Positions 40,214-49,999 are shown, counted from the stretch's first letter. The stretch: 64,000 nucleotides of DNA from Bryobacteraceae bacterium (GCA_041394945.1 JAWKHH010000005.1:312740-376739), one strand, 5' to 3'. A program made the numbers and translations. Notes: generated by a model not told the origin, from the letters alone.

Positions 40214-40852
40214 ATGATGAAGAAAGTGACGGTATTGCTGGGCATGTCTGCGCTGTGCTTTGCAGGCAGTTTCCAGATCGATGACTTCTCGACTGACCAG
40301 GGACCGATTTCCACCGCCGTGGTCCCGGATACGGTCACCGATGGTCCTACCGGCATCGGGGGAACAATCACACGTGAGCTCGTGCTGAATACTCTTGCAG
40401 CGCTTCTGCCGCCGGAGTTCACGGTCCAGGTCAGCTTCGGCACCCTGGACATCACGAATGGAAGCGGCGACGACAGTCAGGTGCGGGTGATCTATGAAAT
40501 CCCGGCGATCATGATTCCCGCGGGCGCCACCAATGTGGGCCTGTTCCTGGAGATCGTCCAATCGGACGGGAATCCGACGGATGTGATGGTGAGTGGGACC
40601 GCCGGGGCGTCCGGATCGTTCTTCATTCCCGGCAACACCATGAACCAGATTGTCCATTTCAACATCCCGGCGGCGTCGTTCGGGCCCGGTTCGATCATCC
40701 TCGAGTTCGATGGCGCACCCGGATGGGACCTGACCGTTGATTCGCTCGGCGTGAACTGGGACGACCCGAGCCGCGTTCCCGAGCCGGGCACCACGGCGCT
40801 CCTCGGCCTTGGCCTCGCGGCAGTGGCGTTTGTGCGGCGATCGCGGGCGTAG
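40214..40852 (+). CDS. PEP-CTERM sorting-domain protein, paralog 2
   Basis: ORF 40214..40852(+); GAGGAG RBS 12 nt upstream. Colinear with paralog 1 (shared IDD(F/Y)S, DGP, GDDSQV, IVQSD, GAPGWDL segments). C-terminal VPEPGTTALLGLGLAAVAFVRRSRA. Confidence 0.7.
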   Translation: MMKKVTVLLGMSALCFAGSFQIDDFSTDQGPISTAVVPDTVTDGPTGIGGTITRELVLNTLAALLPPEFTVQVSFGTLDITNGSGDDSQVRVIYEIPAIMIPAGATNVGLFLEIVQSDGNPTDVMVSGTAGASGSFFIPGNTMNQIVHFNIPAASFGPGSIILEFDGAPGWDLTVDSLGVNWDDPSRVPEPGTTALLGLGLAAVAFVRRSRA

Positions 40853-40878
40853 GCCGGTTTCGCGAGTATTCGTCAACC

Positions 40879-40917
40879 AAAGGGACCCCGCTTTCGCCGC
40901 GGGGTCCCTTTCTTATC
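40879..40917 (+). terminator. Rho-independent terminator after PEP-CTERM paralog 2
   Basis: AAAGGGACCCCGC-tttcgcc-GCGGGGTCCCTTT followed by CTTATCT. Confidence 0.55.
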
Positions 40918-40959
40918 TCCAGCCGATTTGTGTTTCAAAGTACTTGATATAATCGAGCC

Positions 40960-41562
40960 ATGTCGGCGATACCGCGCCAGAACGATCCGATCGCAATCCA
41001 CGAGCGCGCTCTCGACAACATCCGGTACATCCGCGCGGCGATGGAGAGGGCGGAACCTTTTACCGCGGTTCCCGGCTGGGGCGGCGTTTCGATGGGCTGC
41101 GTCGCGCTCGTCGCGGGGGTCGTGGCATCGCGACAGCCGACGCACCGCCTCTGGCTTCTGTGCTGGTTTACGGCGGCGGTTGCGGCGATCGCCATCGGCG
41201 CGTATCTCATGAACCGGAAGGCGCGGCAGAAAGGCGTCCCATTGTTCGGCGCCGCTGGACGCCGCTTCGCGCTGAGCTTTCTGCCGGCGATCGCGGCGGG
41301 CTGGGTGCTGACGCTGGCGCTGGCGCGCGACGGGAGGTGGACGCTGCTACCCGGCATGTGGTTGTTACTCTACGGCGCGGCAATCATCTCGGCGGGAACT
41401 TACTCGATTCCGATCGTGCCGGCCATGGGCGGATGTTTCTTTGCGCTCGGGCTGGCGGCGCTGCTGATTCCGCCGGGCTGGCAGGACGCGATTCTGCTCG
41501 CCGGCTTCGGCGGTTTTCACATTGTCTTTGGGGTGGTGATCGCAAGGAGGTACGGTGGCTAA
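40960..41562 (+). CDS. Integral membrane protein (~5 TM helices), hypothetical
   Basis: ORF 40960..41562(+). Hydrophobic segments throughout; no known motif. Confidence 0.5.
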   Translation: MSAIPRQNDPIAIHERALDNIRYIRAAMERAEPFTAVPGWGGVSMGCVALVAGVVASRQPTHRLWLLCWFTAAVAAIAIGAYLMNRKARQKGVPLFGAAGRRFALSFLPAIAAGWVLTLALARDGRWTLLPGMWLLLYGAAIISAGTYSIPIVPAMGGCFFALGLAALLIPPGWQDAILLAGFGGFHIVFGVVIARRYGG

Positions 41563-41926
41563 GGCAGTTGGCGCCGTCGCGGCGCGTGGCGATTCGCGGT
41601 CGGCGGCCGTAGAGATCCAAGGTCCGCGCCGCGTTGGCGAACTGGACCGGGTGATTCACGAGCGGATCCGGCTGGGCGTGGTGAGCGCGCTCGCGGTGAG
41701 CGATTCCTTGAGCTTCAACGAACTCAAGCACATGCTCGATACGACCGACGGCAACCTGAGCGTCCACACGCGGAAACTCGAAGAGTCCGGCTATATTGAA
41801 TGCGCCAAATCGTTCGAGGGACGCACGCCGCGCACCGACTACCGGTTGACCAAGGCGGGCCGGGCGGCGCTCGAGAAATACCTGGCGCATATGGAAGCGA
41901 TCATCGCCGCCACGCGTGGCGGCTGA
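41555..41926 (+). CDS. Winged-helix transcriptional regulator (MarR/HxlR/PadR-like)
   Basis: ORF 41555..41926(+); GTG start 4 nt after AAGGAGG; overlaps the upstream gene by 8 nt. HTH reads LSFNELKHMLDTTDGNLSVHTRKLEESGYIE. Wing reads RTDYRLTKAGR. Confidence 0.6.
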   Translation: MAKAVGAVAARGDSRSAAVEIQGPRRVGELDRVIHERIRLGVVSALAVSDSLSFNELKHMLDTTDGNLSVHTRKLEESGYIECAKSFEGRTPRTDYRLTKAGRAALEKYLAHMEAIIAATRGG

Positions 41927-41944
41927 GCGCGTCATGGGACTGCC

Positions 41945-41966
41945 GGTGCATTAAGGGACTTGCACC
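41945..41966 (+). promoter_or_regulatory. Palindromic candidate operator between the winged-helix regulator and the TonB-dependent receptor gene
   Basis: GGTGCA-ttaagggact-TGCACC. 6-bp perfect inverted repeat arms with a 10-nt spacer, 19 nt after the regulator stop and ~100 nt before the receptor ATG. Confidence 0.35.
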
Positions 41967-42068
41967 GAAGCGCGCGGAGTGATAAAAGAAGATCAATCCG
42001 CGATGCCAGCGTAAAGCTTCGTACATCGTCTTCAGGGGCGCGCGGACCGAAAGTGAGGTCTCGTTCCC

Positions 42069-45000
42069 ATGCGTCTCCGCATTCTCGCCGCATGTCTGTC
42101 CGCTGCGGTCTTCGCACCGACAATTTCCGCGCAAACAACTTTTGCCAACATCACCGGCGCTGTCGCCGATTCCGCCGGGGCCGCCGTGCCGGGCGCCGAG
42201 GTCGAAGCCACGCACGTCGCGAGCAACTACGTGTACAAGGCTCAGTCGAACGCCACCGGCACCTATACGATCGCGCAGTTGCGCGAGGGCGTCTACACGC
42301 TGCGGGTTCGCTCGGCGGGTTTCCAGGAGTATGTGGCCCAGAACATCGTCTTGGCGTCGCGGGAGCAGCGCCGCATTGATGTGCAGCTTCAGGTGGGCAC
42401 GGTAGAAACCAAGATCGAGGTGAGCGCCGGAGCGACGCTCATCGAGACTGAGACGGCGCGCATCGGCGATTCGAAGAGCGCCACGCAGTTGAAGTCGCTG
42501 CCGCTGAACACGCGGTCGCTGTACAACTTCCTCGCGCTGACTCCGGGCGTGCTTGCGGCCGGCGGCCAAGCGACACGCCGGTTCGCCGGCAGCCGCGTGA
42601 ACCAATCCGAGCAGTCGATCGACGGGATCACGGTGAGCAACGGTTACGACGGCACGCAGATCTCGCCGCTCGTGAGCTATATCGAAAGCTACGAAGAGGT
42701 GCGCGTCGACATGGCCAACAATAGCGCCGACATCGGCAGCGTGGGCCAGGTGACCGTGATCTCGAAGTCGGGCTCGAACGACGTACATGGCGTCGCCTTC
42801 GACTACTATTCGACCCCGTGGTTCCGCGCGCGCAATCCGTTCGCCGCGCAGCGGGGCACCGGCATCACGCACCAGCCGGGAGTCTCGCTCAGCGGACCGG
42901 TGGTGCTGCCGAAGATCTACGACGGGAAGAACAAGACATTCTTCTTCTTTTCGTTTGAAACATCGCGGGGCAGTTCGATCCTCCAACTCCTCAACCCAAC
43001 CGTTCCGCTGGAGCCGTGGCGGCAGGGCGATTTCTCCTCGCTCGCCTCCAACATCAATGTGCGCGACCCGTTCGCGAGCAACCAGCCGTTCCCCGGGCGC
43101 CAAATTCCCGCTTCGCGCATCAACCCGGTTTCCGACCGGATTCAGGATCGCTTCTATCCGCTGCCGCAGGCCTCCGGCGAGACCGTGCTGCGCGCCCGCA
43201 ACTACAATGAGCAGAAGTTACGGCCGTACGATCCGAATACCTACTACACCATCCGCGGCGACCACCGGTTCTCCGAAAAGTCATTCCTGTTCGCGCGGTG
43301 GACCTGGAACCGGTCCCACTCGCGGGCGTTCGAAGGCAACCTCCCGACCATCGGGCAGCGCTGGCAGACGCGGGACACGCGGGCGATCAGTGGGTCCTAC
43401 ACCTACGCGTTCACCCCGACCGTGATCTTCGAATCGCGCTATGGATTCGCGTTCAACGACAATCCGCGCAACGGGCCCATCGTCGGCAGCGAAGTGGTCG
43501 GCGATCTGGGGCTGGTGGGGCTGGTCGACAATATCCCCGACATCAATGGGCTTCCCGACATCGGCTTCCAGGGCCTGGCGCTCACTGGAATCGCGCAGAC
43601 GCCGTGGCGGCACCCCGGCTTCAAGAACTTCCAGCACCAGTGGCAGGAGCATGTGAACTGGTTCAAGGGGAAACACTCGATCAAAGCCGGCGCGATCATC
43701 GGCCGCGTGAACTTCCAGGACAGCAATGCCCCGGCCGCGCTTTTCGGGCAGTTCCGCTTCTCGAACCGCTTCACCGGCTTCCCGTACTCGGACTTCCTGC
43801 TCGGTATCCCGACCACGGCGGCGCGCGCCTTCCCGCAACTGCTCATCAATCGCACGCGCTGGTCCTACGACTTCTTCGTAACCGACGACTTCAAAATGCG
43901 GCAGAACCTGACCGTCAATATCGGCATGCGGTACGAACTGCACCCATCCTGGAGCGAGGCGAATAACCGGCAGAGCGTATTCGACATCAACCGCGGCGTG
44001 ATCGTGGTTCCGGATGGCGGGCTCTCCGAGGTGAGCCCTCTGATGCCGCGCGGGTATGTGGATATCGTGGAAGCGAGTTCGGTGGGCCTGCCGGGGCGAC
44101 GGCTGCTGAAGATGGACCGCAATAACTTCGCCCCGCGCATCGGGCTCGCGTGGCGGCCGCTCGGGCCGAACACGGTCTTCCGCGCGGGCTACGGGCTCTT
44201 CTATGACGTAGTGCCGCGCGCGGAAAGCGCCGGCGGCGCGCCGTTCCAGATCAATGAGCCGACATTCACCAATCCGGCCAACAACCCGACCGTGATCTTC
44301 CCGCAGGCGTTTCCGTCCACCGGCTCAGCCGGCCCGCGAACGGTGGGTCTGCCGGCGGGCATCCGCGCGGATCTACGCAACGCCTTCTCGATGCAGTACA
44401 ACGCCACCATCGAGCATCAGCAATGGGATACCGGCTTCCGGCTGTCCTACATCGGCACGAACACGCGACAGGGCGAGTGGGGTTACAACTACAATCAGCC
44501 AGTGGCCAACGGCCAGGCGTTCATCGACAAGCCGCGCCCGTTTCCGAACTACCCGGCGATCACCTACATCAGCAACGGCGCCGGGCACCAGTATCACTCG
44601 ATGATGTTCGAAGCCGAGCGGCGGTTCGCGCGCGGCCTGGCGTGGCAGTTCTCCTACGTACTGGCTCGCGACATCGGCGATCTCGATCGCGGCGCTCAGC
44701 CGGAGGACGCCTACAACCGGCTCCGCGAACGCGCCGTCTGGCACGACATGCCGACGCACCGGGTGACGGGTAACCTGATCGCTCAGCTTCCGTTCGGGCG
44801 CGGCAAGCGGTATTTCTCGAGCGTGGGCAAGGCGGCGAACCTGCTCGTCGGCGGGTGGGAAACCAGCCTTATCACGAGCTACTATTCCGGCCAGCGGGTG
44901 ACGCCTCTGTGGACGGGCCCGGATCCAGTGGGCATCGCGTTCACGTCGAGCCGGACCGCGCCTAACGTCACCATCCGCGCCGATCACCTGCACAACGCCA

Positions 45001-45344
45001 ACCTGCCCTCCGATCAGCGCTCCGTGGACCGCTGGTTCGACACCACCGCGTTCGGTCCGGTGGCGGCGGGTCGGTTCGGGACGTCGGCGAAGAACGTCAT
45101 CATCGGGCCGGATTCGAAGGTTTGGCACGTCGGCCTGTACAAATACTTCGATATCAGCGAGCGGTTCCAGTTGCGCTGGGAGCTGACTGGTTCGAACGCC
45201 TTCAACCATCCGAACTATTCGAACCCGGCGAGCAACCTTTCGCAGGCGGCGTCGTTCGGCGTGATCAGCGGCGTCGGCGGCGCTTCGGAACTCGACATGT
45301 CGGGTTCTCGGACGTTCCGGACCGGCGTCCGGGCGGAGTGGTGA
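42069..45344 (+). CDS. TonB-dependent receptor with N-terminal carboxypeptidase-regulatory-like domain
   Basis: ORF 42069..45344(+), 1091 aa. Signal peptide. CarbopepD_reg-like TGAVADSAGAAVPGAEVEATH...GTYTIAQLREGVYTLRVRSAGF. Plug and beta-barrel regions. C-terminal aromatic residue (W). Confidence 0.8.
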   Translation: MRLRILAACLSAAVFAPTISAQTTFANITGAVADSAGAAVPGAEVEATHVASNYVYKAQSNATGTYTIAQLREGVYTLRVRSAGFQEYVAQNIVLASREQRRIDVQLQVGTVETKIEVSAGATLIETETARIGDSKSATQLKSLPLNTRSLYNFLALTPGVLAAGGQATRRFAGSRVNQSEQSIDGITVSNGYDGTQISPLVSYIESYEEVRVDMANNSADIGSVGQVTVISKSGSNDVHGVAFDYYSTPWFRARNPFAAQRGTGITHQPGVSLSGPVVLPKIYDGKNKTFFFFSFETSRGSSILQLLNPTVPLEPWRQGDFSSLASNINVRDPFASNQPFPGRQIPASRINPVSDRIQDRFYPLPQASGETVLRARNYNEQKLRPYDPNTYYTIRGDHRFSEKSFLFARWTWNRSHSRAFEGNLPTIGQRWQTRDTRAISGSYTYAFTPTVIFESRYGFAFNDNPRNGPIVGSEVVGDLGLVGLVDNIPDINGLPDIGFQGLALTGIAQTPWRHPGFKNFQHQWQEHVNWFKGKHSIKAGAIIGRVNFQDSNAPAALFGQFRFSNRFTGFPYSDFLLGIPTTAARAFPQLLINRTRWSYDFFVTDDFKMRQNLTVNIGMRYELHPSWSEANNRQSVFDINRGVIVVPDGGLSEVSPLMPRGYVDIVEASSVGLPGRRLLKMDRNNFAPRIGLAWRPLGPNTVFRAGYGLFYDVVPRAESAGGAPFQINEPTFTNPANNPTVIFPQAFPSTGSAGPRTVGLPAGIRADLRNAFSMQYNATIEHQQWDTGFRLSYIGTNTRQGEWGYNYNQPVANGQAFIDKPRPFPNYPAITYISNGAGHQYHSMMFEAERRFARGLAWQFSYVLARDIGDLDRGAQPEDAYNRLRERAVWHDMPTHRVTGNLIAQLPFGRGKRYFSSVGKAANLLVGGWETSLITSYYSGQRVTPLWTGPDPVGIAFTSSRTAPNVTIRADHLHNANLPSDQRSVDRWFDTTAFGPVAAGRFGTSAKNVIIGPDSKVWHVGLYKYFDISERFQLRWELTGSNAFNHPNYSNPASNLSQAASFGVISGVGGASELDMSGSRTFRTGVRAEW

Positions 45345-45348
45345 GATT

Positions 45349-45391
45349 CTTGTGACGTCATGTTAGCAGATTATGCTAATCTGTAATCGCT
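45349..45391 (+). promoter_or_regulatory. Putative promoter/operator of the vapBC module
   Basis: TTGTGA(-35-like), 16 nt, TATGCT(-10-like). Embedded inverted repeat CAGATTA-tgc-TAATCTG that could be the RHH antitoxin binding site. Confidence 0.3.
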
Positions 45392-45643
45392 ATGGTGCGA
45401 ACACAGATTCAGCTCACGGACGACCAGGTATCCTCTCTCCGCCGCACTGCGGGTCTGCGAGGGGTGTCCATGGCGGAGTTGATCCGCATGAGCCTGGACA
45501 CCTTCATCGCGCGGGAAGGCGCAACCAGCCGTGACGCTAAGGTGGAGCGCGCCCGCAGCGTCGTGGGGCGGTTCGCTTCCGGAACCGGCGACACGGGCCG
45601 GGAGCATGACAAGTACCTGACCGCCGCGTTCGGCAAGCAGTGA
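45392..45643 (+). CDS. vapB: Ribbon-helix-helix (CopG/VapB-type) antitoxin
   Basis: ORF 45392..45643(+), 83 aa. N-terminal RHH reads RTQIQLTDDQVSSLRRTAGLRGVSMAELIRMSLD. Stop overlaps the vapC GTG. Confidence 0.7.
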   Translation: MVRTQIQLTDDQVSSLRRTAGLRGVSMAELIRMSLDTFIAREGATSRDAKVERARSVVGRFASGTGDTGREHDKYLTAAFGKQ

Positions 45644-46035
45644 CGTTCGTCGATACGTCGGCCATCTACGCGCTGCTCGATCGCGACGACGACCAGCACG
45701 CCAGGGCGGGCCGCTGCTGGTTCGAGCTGCTCGATTCGGAAAGCCCGATGTTCACCACCAACTACGTGGTGGTGGAGTGTTGCGCTTTAGCCCAGAGCCG
45801 GCTGGGGCTCGAAGCCGTGCGAGCCATCGAAGACGACCTGCTGCCCGTGCTTGACGTGGTTTGGGTGGATGAGCCGGTTCACCGGCTCGCCATCACCGCC
45901 ATGCTTGCCGCGCGTCGCAGAAAGCTGAGCCTGGTGGACTGTGTGAGCTTCACGGTGATGCGGCGCCTCGGCCTCACGCGCGCGTTCGCTTTCGACGATC
46001 ACTTCGCTGAGGAAGGCTTCTCCTTCCCGAGCTGA
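45640..46035 (+). CDS. vapC: PIN-domain ribonuclease toxin VapC
   Basis: ORF 45640..46035(+). FVDTSAIYALLDRDDDQH, VVVEC, DCVSFTVM, FAFDDHF give the four PIN acidic positions. 4-nt overlap with vapB. Confidence 0.75.
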   Translation: MTFVDTSAIYALLDRDDDQHARAGRCWFELLDSESPMFTTNYVVVECCALAQSRLGLEAVRAIEDDLLPVLDVVWVDEPVHRLAITAMLAARRRKLSLVDCVSFTVMRRLGLTRAFAFDDHFAEEGFSFPS

Positions 46036-46037
46036 CT

Positions 46038-46799
46038 CTACCGCCCCTTCCAACAAGCGGGGCGCTTTTCGAGAAACGCTCCGATCCCTTCCTGCGCATC
46101 CTCGGCGAGCGCATTCATCGACATCACTTCCTTGGCATACGCATACGCTTTCGGCTGGTCGAGATCGATCTGCGAATAGAACGCCTGCTTGCCCAGGGCG
46201 ACGGTGAACGAACTCGCTACGGCGATCTCGCGGGCCAGCCCAAGCGTCGATTCGCGGAGCTGCTCGTGGGGTACGGCGCGGTTGGCGAGACCCCACTCCA
46301 CCGCCGTCTCGGCGTCTACGCGGCGGCCCGTGAGCAGCATCTCCATCGCGCGCTTGCGGCCCACGGCTCGGGTGAGCGCGACCATTGGTGTGGTGCAGAA
46401 CAACCCGATCCGTACGCCCGGGGCCGCGAAGGCGGCGCGTTCCGAAACCACGGTGAGGTCGCAGGTGGCGGCGAGCTGGCACCCGGCTGCGGTGGCGAGC
46501 CCCTGCACCTCGGCGATCACCGGCGGGGGGATGGACTGCACGGTCTCCATCAGCCGCGTGCAGACGTCGAACAGGCGGCGGTAGCGGGTGATCGCCTGCC
46601 CGGTCATTTCGCTGAGGTCGTGCCCGGAGCTGAACACGGGACCTTCGGCGGCCAGGATCACCGCGCGGGCATCGGCGGCCGCCTGGAGGGCGGCGATCAG
46701 GTCCGTCATCAACTCGAGCGAAAGAGCATTGCGCTTCGCGGGCCGATTCAATGTGACGATGGCGATTTCGCCATCGCGGGCAGCGGCTACATGGCTCAT
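46038..46799 (-). CDS. Enoyl-CoA hydratase/isomerase (crotonase family)
   Basis: From ORF 46038..46829(-); start MSHVAAARDGEIAIVTLNRP. Crotonase oxyanion-hole segments FSSGHDL and ATAAGCQLAATCDL. ATGA overlap with the upstream synthetase. Confidence 0.8.
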   Translation of the reverse strand: MSHVAAARDGEIAIVTLNRPAKRNALSLELMTDLIAALQAAADARAVILAAEGPVFSSGHDLSEMTGQAITRYRRLFDVCTRLMETVQSIPPPVIAEVQGLATAAGCQLAATCDLTVVSERAAFAAPGVRIGLFCTTPMVALTRAVGRKRAMEMLLTGRRVDAETAVEWGLANRAVPHEQLRESTLGLAREIAVASSFTVALGKQAFYSQIDLDQPKAYAYAKEVMSMNALAEDAQEGIGAFLEKRPACWKGR

Positions 46800-48355
46800 C
46801 CTTTCACCCGTTTCTCCTGGCCGGCCCACGCCGCCGAGCGAAGTTCATTCTTGCGAATCTTCCCGGTGGCGGTTTTGGGCAGTGGCCCGAACTCGACGAT
46901 CTTCGGACACTTGAAATGGGCCAGCCGTTCTCGGCAGAAGGAGATCAGTTCCCCGGCGCTCACCTCGTGGCCGTCCTTGAGCAGCACGTGCGCCTTGGGC
47001 ACCTCGCCCCACTTGTCATCCGGGAACGCGACCACGGCGGCTTCGAGCACCGCCGGATGATCCCAGATGGTGCGCTCCACCTCCACCGACGAGATGTTCT
47101 CGCCGCCGGAGATGATGATGTCCTTCGACCGGTCGCGGATTTCGATGTAGCCGTCCGGATGCCACACGGCCACGTCGCCCGAGTGGAACCAGCCGCCACG
47201 GAAGGCGTCCGCCGTGGCCTCGGGGTTGTTGAGGTAGCCTTTCATGACGTTGTTGCCGCGCATGATCACTTCGCCCATGGTGCCGCCGTCGCGCGGCACG
47301 TCGTTCATCTCGCCGTCGACCACGCGGAGGTCAACGCCAAACATCGCGTACGGAACGCCCTGCCGCGCCTTCTTGCGGGCGTGATCCGGGATCGAAAGCG
47401 AGTTCCATTCGGTACGCCAGGCGCAGATCGTGTGCGGACCGTAGGTCTCGGTGAGCCCGTAGAGGTGCTCCACTTCGGCGCCCATCTCGATCGCCGCGCG
47501 AATCACGGCCGGCGACGGCGGCGCCCCGGCGGTAGTGATGCGGACGGTGTGGGGAAAGCGGATCCCTCGCGTCGAGCAGTAGTTCGCCAGCGAGTTCACC
47601 ACCACCGGCGCGCCACCCATATGCGTAATGTGCTCGCGTTCGATGAGCTCAACAATCCGCTCCGGGTCCACGCGTGGAAGGCAGATGTGGCGGGCCCCGG
47701 CGAGCGTGACGGCCCAGGAAAAGCACCAGCCATTACAGTGGAACAGGGGGACGGTCCAGAGGTAGGCGGAGTCCTCGCGGATTCCCATCTCCACCACTTC
47801 CGCCGCCGCGTTCAGGTATGCGCCGCGATGAGTATGCATCACGCCTTTGGGAAAACCGGTGGTGCCCGAAGTGTAGTTGATCGAGATGGTGTCGTTCTCT
47901 TCCGGTTCCGGGATATTGGTGAGCGGAAGCCGGCCGCGGGCGATGAATCCCTCGTAGTCGTCGCTTGCCAGGCGCAGGTGCGGAAGGTTCGGCAGTTCGG
48001 GTTCGATCAGCGGCAGGAGGTCCGGCTGGGTGAGCAGCACTTTGGCCTCGCAGTGGTTCAGCATCCAGGCGAGCTCGGCGCCCTTGAGCCGTGTGTTGAG
48101 CATCACAAGAACGGCCCCGATGAGCGGAACGCCGTAGTGCGGCTCGAGCGCGGTGGGCGTGTTCTGCGCAAGCACGGCGACGCGATCGCCCTTCTCCACC
48201 CCGGCCGCCCGCAAGGCCGCGCCTAGCCTGTGGATCCGTTCGTGGAACTGCGCATATGTGAAACGGCGGTCTCCGTCGACCATCGCGATCTTGTCCGGGT
48301 ACACCAGTGCCGATCGTGCGAGAAACGACAGCGGAGTGAGGGGCGATATCATCAA
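46796..48355 (-). CDS. AMP-forming acyl-CoA synthetase/ligase
   Basis: ORF 46796..48355(-). AMP-binding motif YTSGTTGFPKGV. TGD/hinge and C-terminal PKTATGKIRK conserved lysine. Confidence 0.8.
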   Translation of the reverse strand: MMISPLTPLSFLARSALVYPDKIAMVDGDRRFTYAQFHERIHRLGAALRAAGVEKGDRVAVLAQNTPTALEPHYGVPLIGAVLVMLNTRLKGAELAWMLNHCEAKVLLTQPDLLPLIEPELPNLPHLRLASDDYEGFIARGRLPLTNIPEPEENDTISINYTSGTTGFPKGVMHTHRGAYLNAAAEVVEMGIREDSAYLWTVPLFHCNGWCFSWAVTLAGARHICLPRVDPERIVELIEREHITHMGGAPVVVNSLANYCSTRGIRFPHTVRITTAGAPPSPAVIRAAIEMGAEVEHLYGLTETYGPHTICAWRTEWNSLSIPDHARKKARQGVPYAMFGVDLRVVDGEMNDVPRDGGTMGEVIMRGNNVMKGYLNNPEATADAFRGGWFHSGDVAVWHPDGYIEIRDRSKDIIISGGENISSVEVERTIWDHPAVLEAAVVAFPDDKWGEVPKAHVLLKDGHEVSAGELISFCRERLAHFKCPKIVEFGPLPKTATGKIRKNELRSAAWAGQEKRVKG

Positions 48356-48372
48356 CGGAGATTGTATCTCTC

Positions 48373-49962
48373 ATGAGCCTTCGAACTCCGCCAATGACTC
48401 GCCGCCGCCTGCTGGCCGCGCTCGGCGCCGCCTCGCTCTCCCGGCCAACGCACGCCCAGGAGAACGCACCCCGCTACAACACCTATTTCGGCGACCTCCA
48501 CAATCACAACAACATCGGCTACGCACAAGGGTCGCTCCGGCGCACCTTCGAGATCGCGCGCAACCACCTTGACTTCTTCGCATTCACGCCGCACGCGCAA
48601 TGGCACGATATCGGCCATTACGAGAACAACGTGGAGCACAAGTGGATCAACGGTTTCGCCGTCACGCGGGCGCGCTGGCCGGAAGCGCTCGAGATGGCCC
48701 GCGAATTCGACGTGCCGGGCAAATTCATCTGCATTCCGGGCTACGAATGGCACTCGTCGGGCCTCGGCGACTACAATGTTATCTACCCGAGCCTCGACGC
48801 CGAGCTCTTCGTCCCCTACGATCTCAAACAGCTACAGGATTTCGCCCGCAAACATGGCGCAATCATGATCCCGCATCATCCCGCGTTGCACCAGGGAAAC
48901 CGAGGCGCCAACATCGGCCGGCGGGATCCCGCCGTTTCGCCGGTTCTCGAGATCTATTCGGAGTGGGGGAACGCCGAGCACGACCGAGCGCCGTTCCCCT
49001 ATTCCCGCCACACCGAGCCCGGCCGCTGGACGCGAAACACGTACCAATCGTTCCTCGCGCAGGGGCATCGGCTGGGCGTGGTCGCCTCCACCGACGATCA
49101 TCTTGGCTATCCGGGCGCCTATCGCGAAGGGCTCGCCGCCGTGAAGGCCACCGCGCTCACGCGGGAAGCCATCTTCGACGCGATCCGCAACCGCCGAACC
49201 TACGCCGTCACCGGCGACCGTATCGGGCTTGACTTCTCGGTCAACGGCAACATCATGGGCTCGGAGATCCTGTACGCGCGCAAACGCGAGATCGCGGTCG
49301 GGGCCGACGGATGGGACCAGATCGATTTCGTCGAGATCATCAAGAACAACCGCGTGGTCCACAGGGACTTTCCGCAGGATCGCGTTCCCGGCGCGGCGAG
49401 TTGGGAGAAGCCCGTCGTGCTGCGCTTCGAATACGGCTGGGGACCGTGGCCCGCGCTCGGCATCACCCGAGTATGCGATTGGCTGTTCACGATCAAGGTG
49501 GAAAACGGCCGCATCGAGGCGTCGCAGACCGGTTTCCAATCCGGCCCGCTCGAAGAGGATCGGCGCGATCGCGTCGTGGAGCGCCGCAATACCTCGATCA
49601 CCGTCCAATCGTTCACGGCGCTACGCCAGATGATCGACGATCGATCCACCAAGGCGATCGTGCTCAAGATCAAGGGCACACCGGAGACGCGGGTGACGCT
49701 CGCCTTGAAGAAGCCGGTGGACAAGGCGGTGAGCTATACGCTCGGAGAGCTGGCCGAATCGAGCGAGACGGTGTACACGGGCGATTTCCCCAAGGAATCC
49801 GCGCTGCTGCACCGCGTGGCGTTCGCCGAAAATTACCAGACCGCGTTCACCTTCACCGACGAGGACGAAGGCAAGGGCGTGAACTGGTACTACGCGCGCG
49901 TCACGCAGGCCAACGGGCAAATGGCGTGGTCGAGCCCGGTGTGGGTGGAGGCAGCGGGGTAG
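48373..49962 (+). CDS. Tat-secreted metal-dependent hydrolase-like protein (possibly DUF3604/PHP-like)
   Basis: ORF 48373..49962(+). Tat motif TRRRLLAALGAASL. His-rich N-terminal segment YFGDLHNHNN...FTPHAQWHD...PHHPALH suggests a metal centre. Family assignment tentative. Confidence 0.55.
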   Translation: MSLRTPPMTRRRLLAALGAASLSRPTHAQENAPRYNTYFGDLHNHNNIGYAQGSLRRTFEIARNHLDFFAFTPHAQWHDIGHYENNVEHKWINGFAVTRARWPEALEMAREFDVPGKFICIPGYEWHSSGLGDYNVIYPSLDAELFVPYDLKQLQDFARKHGAIMIPHHPALHQGNRGANIGRRDPAVSPVLEIYSEWGNAEHDRAPFPYSRHTEPGRWTRNTYQSFLAQGHRLGVVASTDDHLGYPGAYREGLAAVKATALTREAIFDAIRNRRTYAVTGDRIGLDFSVNGNIMGSEILYARKREIAVGADGWDQIDFVEIIKNNRVVHRDFPQDRVPGAASWEKPVVLRFEYGWGPWPALGITRVCDWLFTIKVENGRIEASQTGFQSGPLEEDRRDRVVERRNTSITVQSFTALRQMIDDRSTKAIVLKIKGTPETRVTLALKKPVDKAVSYTLGELAESSETVYTGDFPKESALLHRVAFAENYQTAFTFTDEDEGKGVNWYYARVTQANGQMAWSSPVWVEAAG

Positions 49963-49999
49963 GTTCGCGGTCGGCCGGCGCAGCCTGCCGTTCCCGGCG

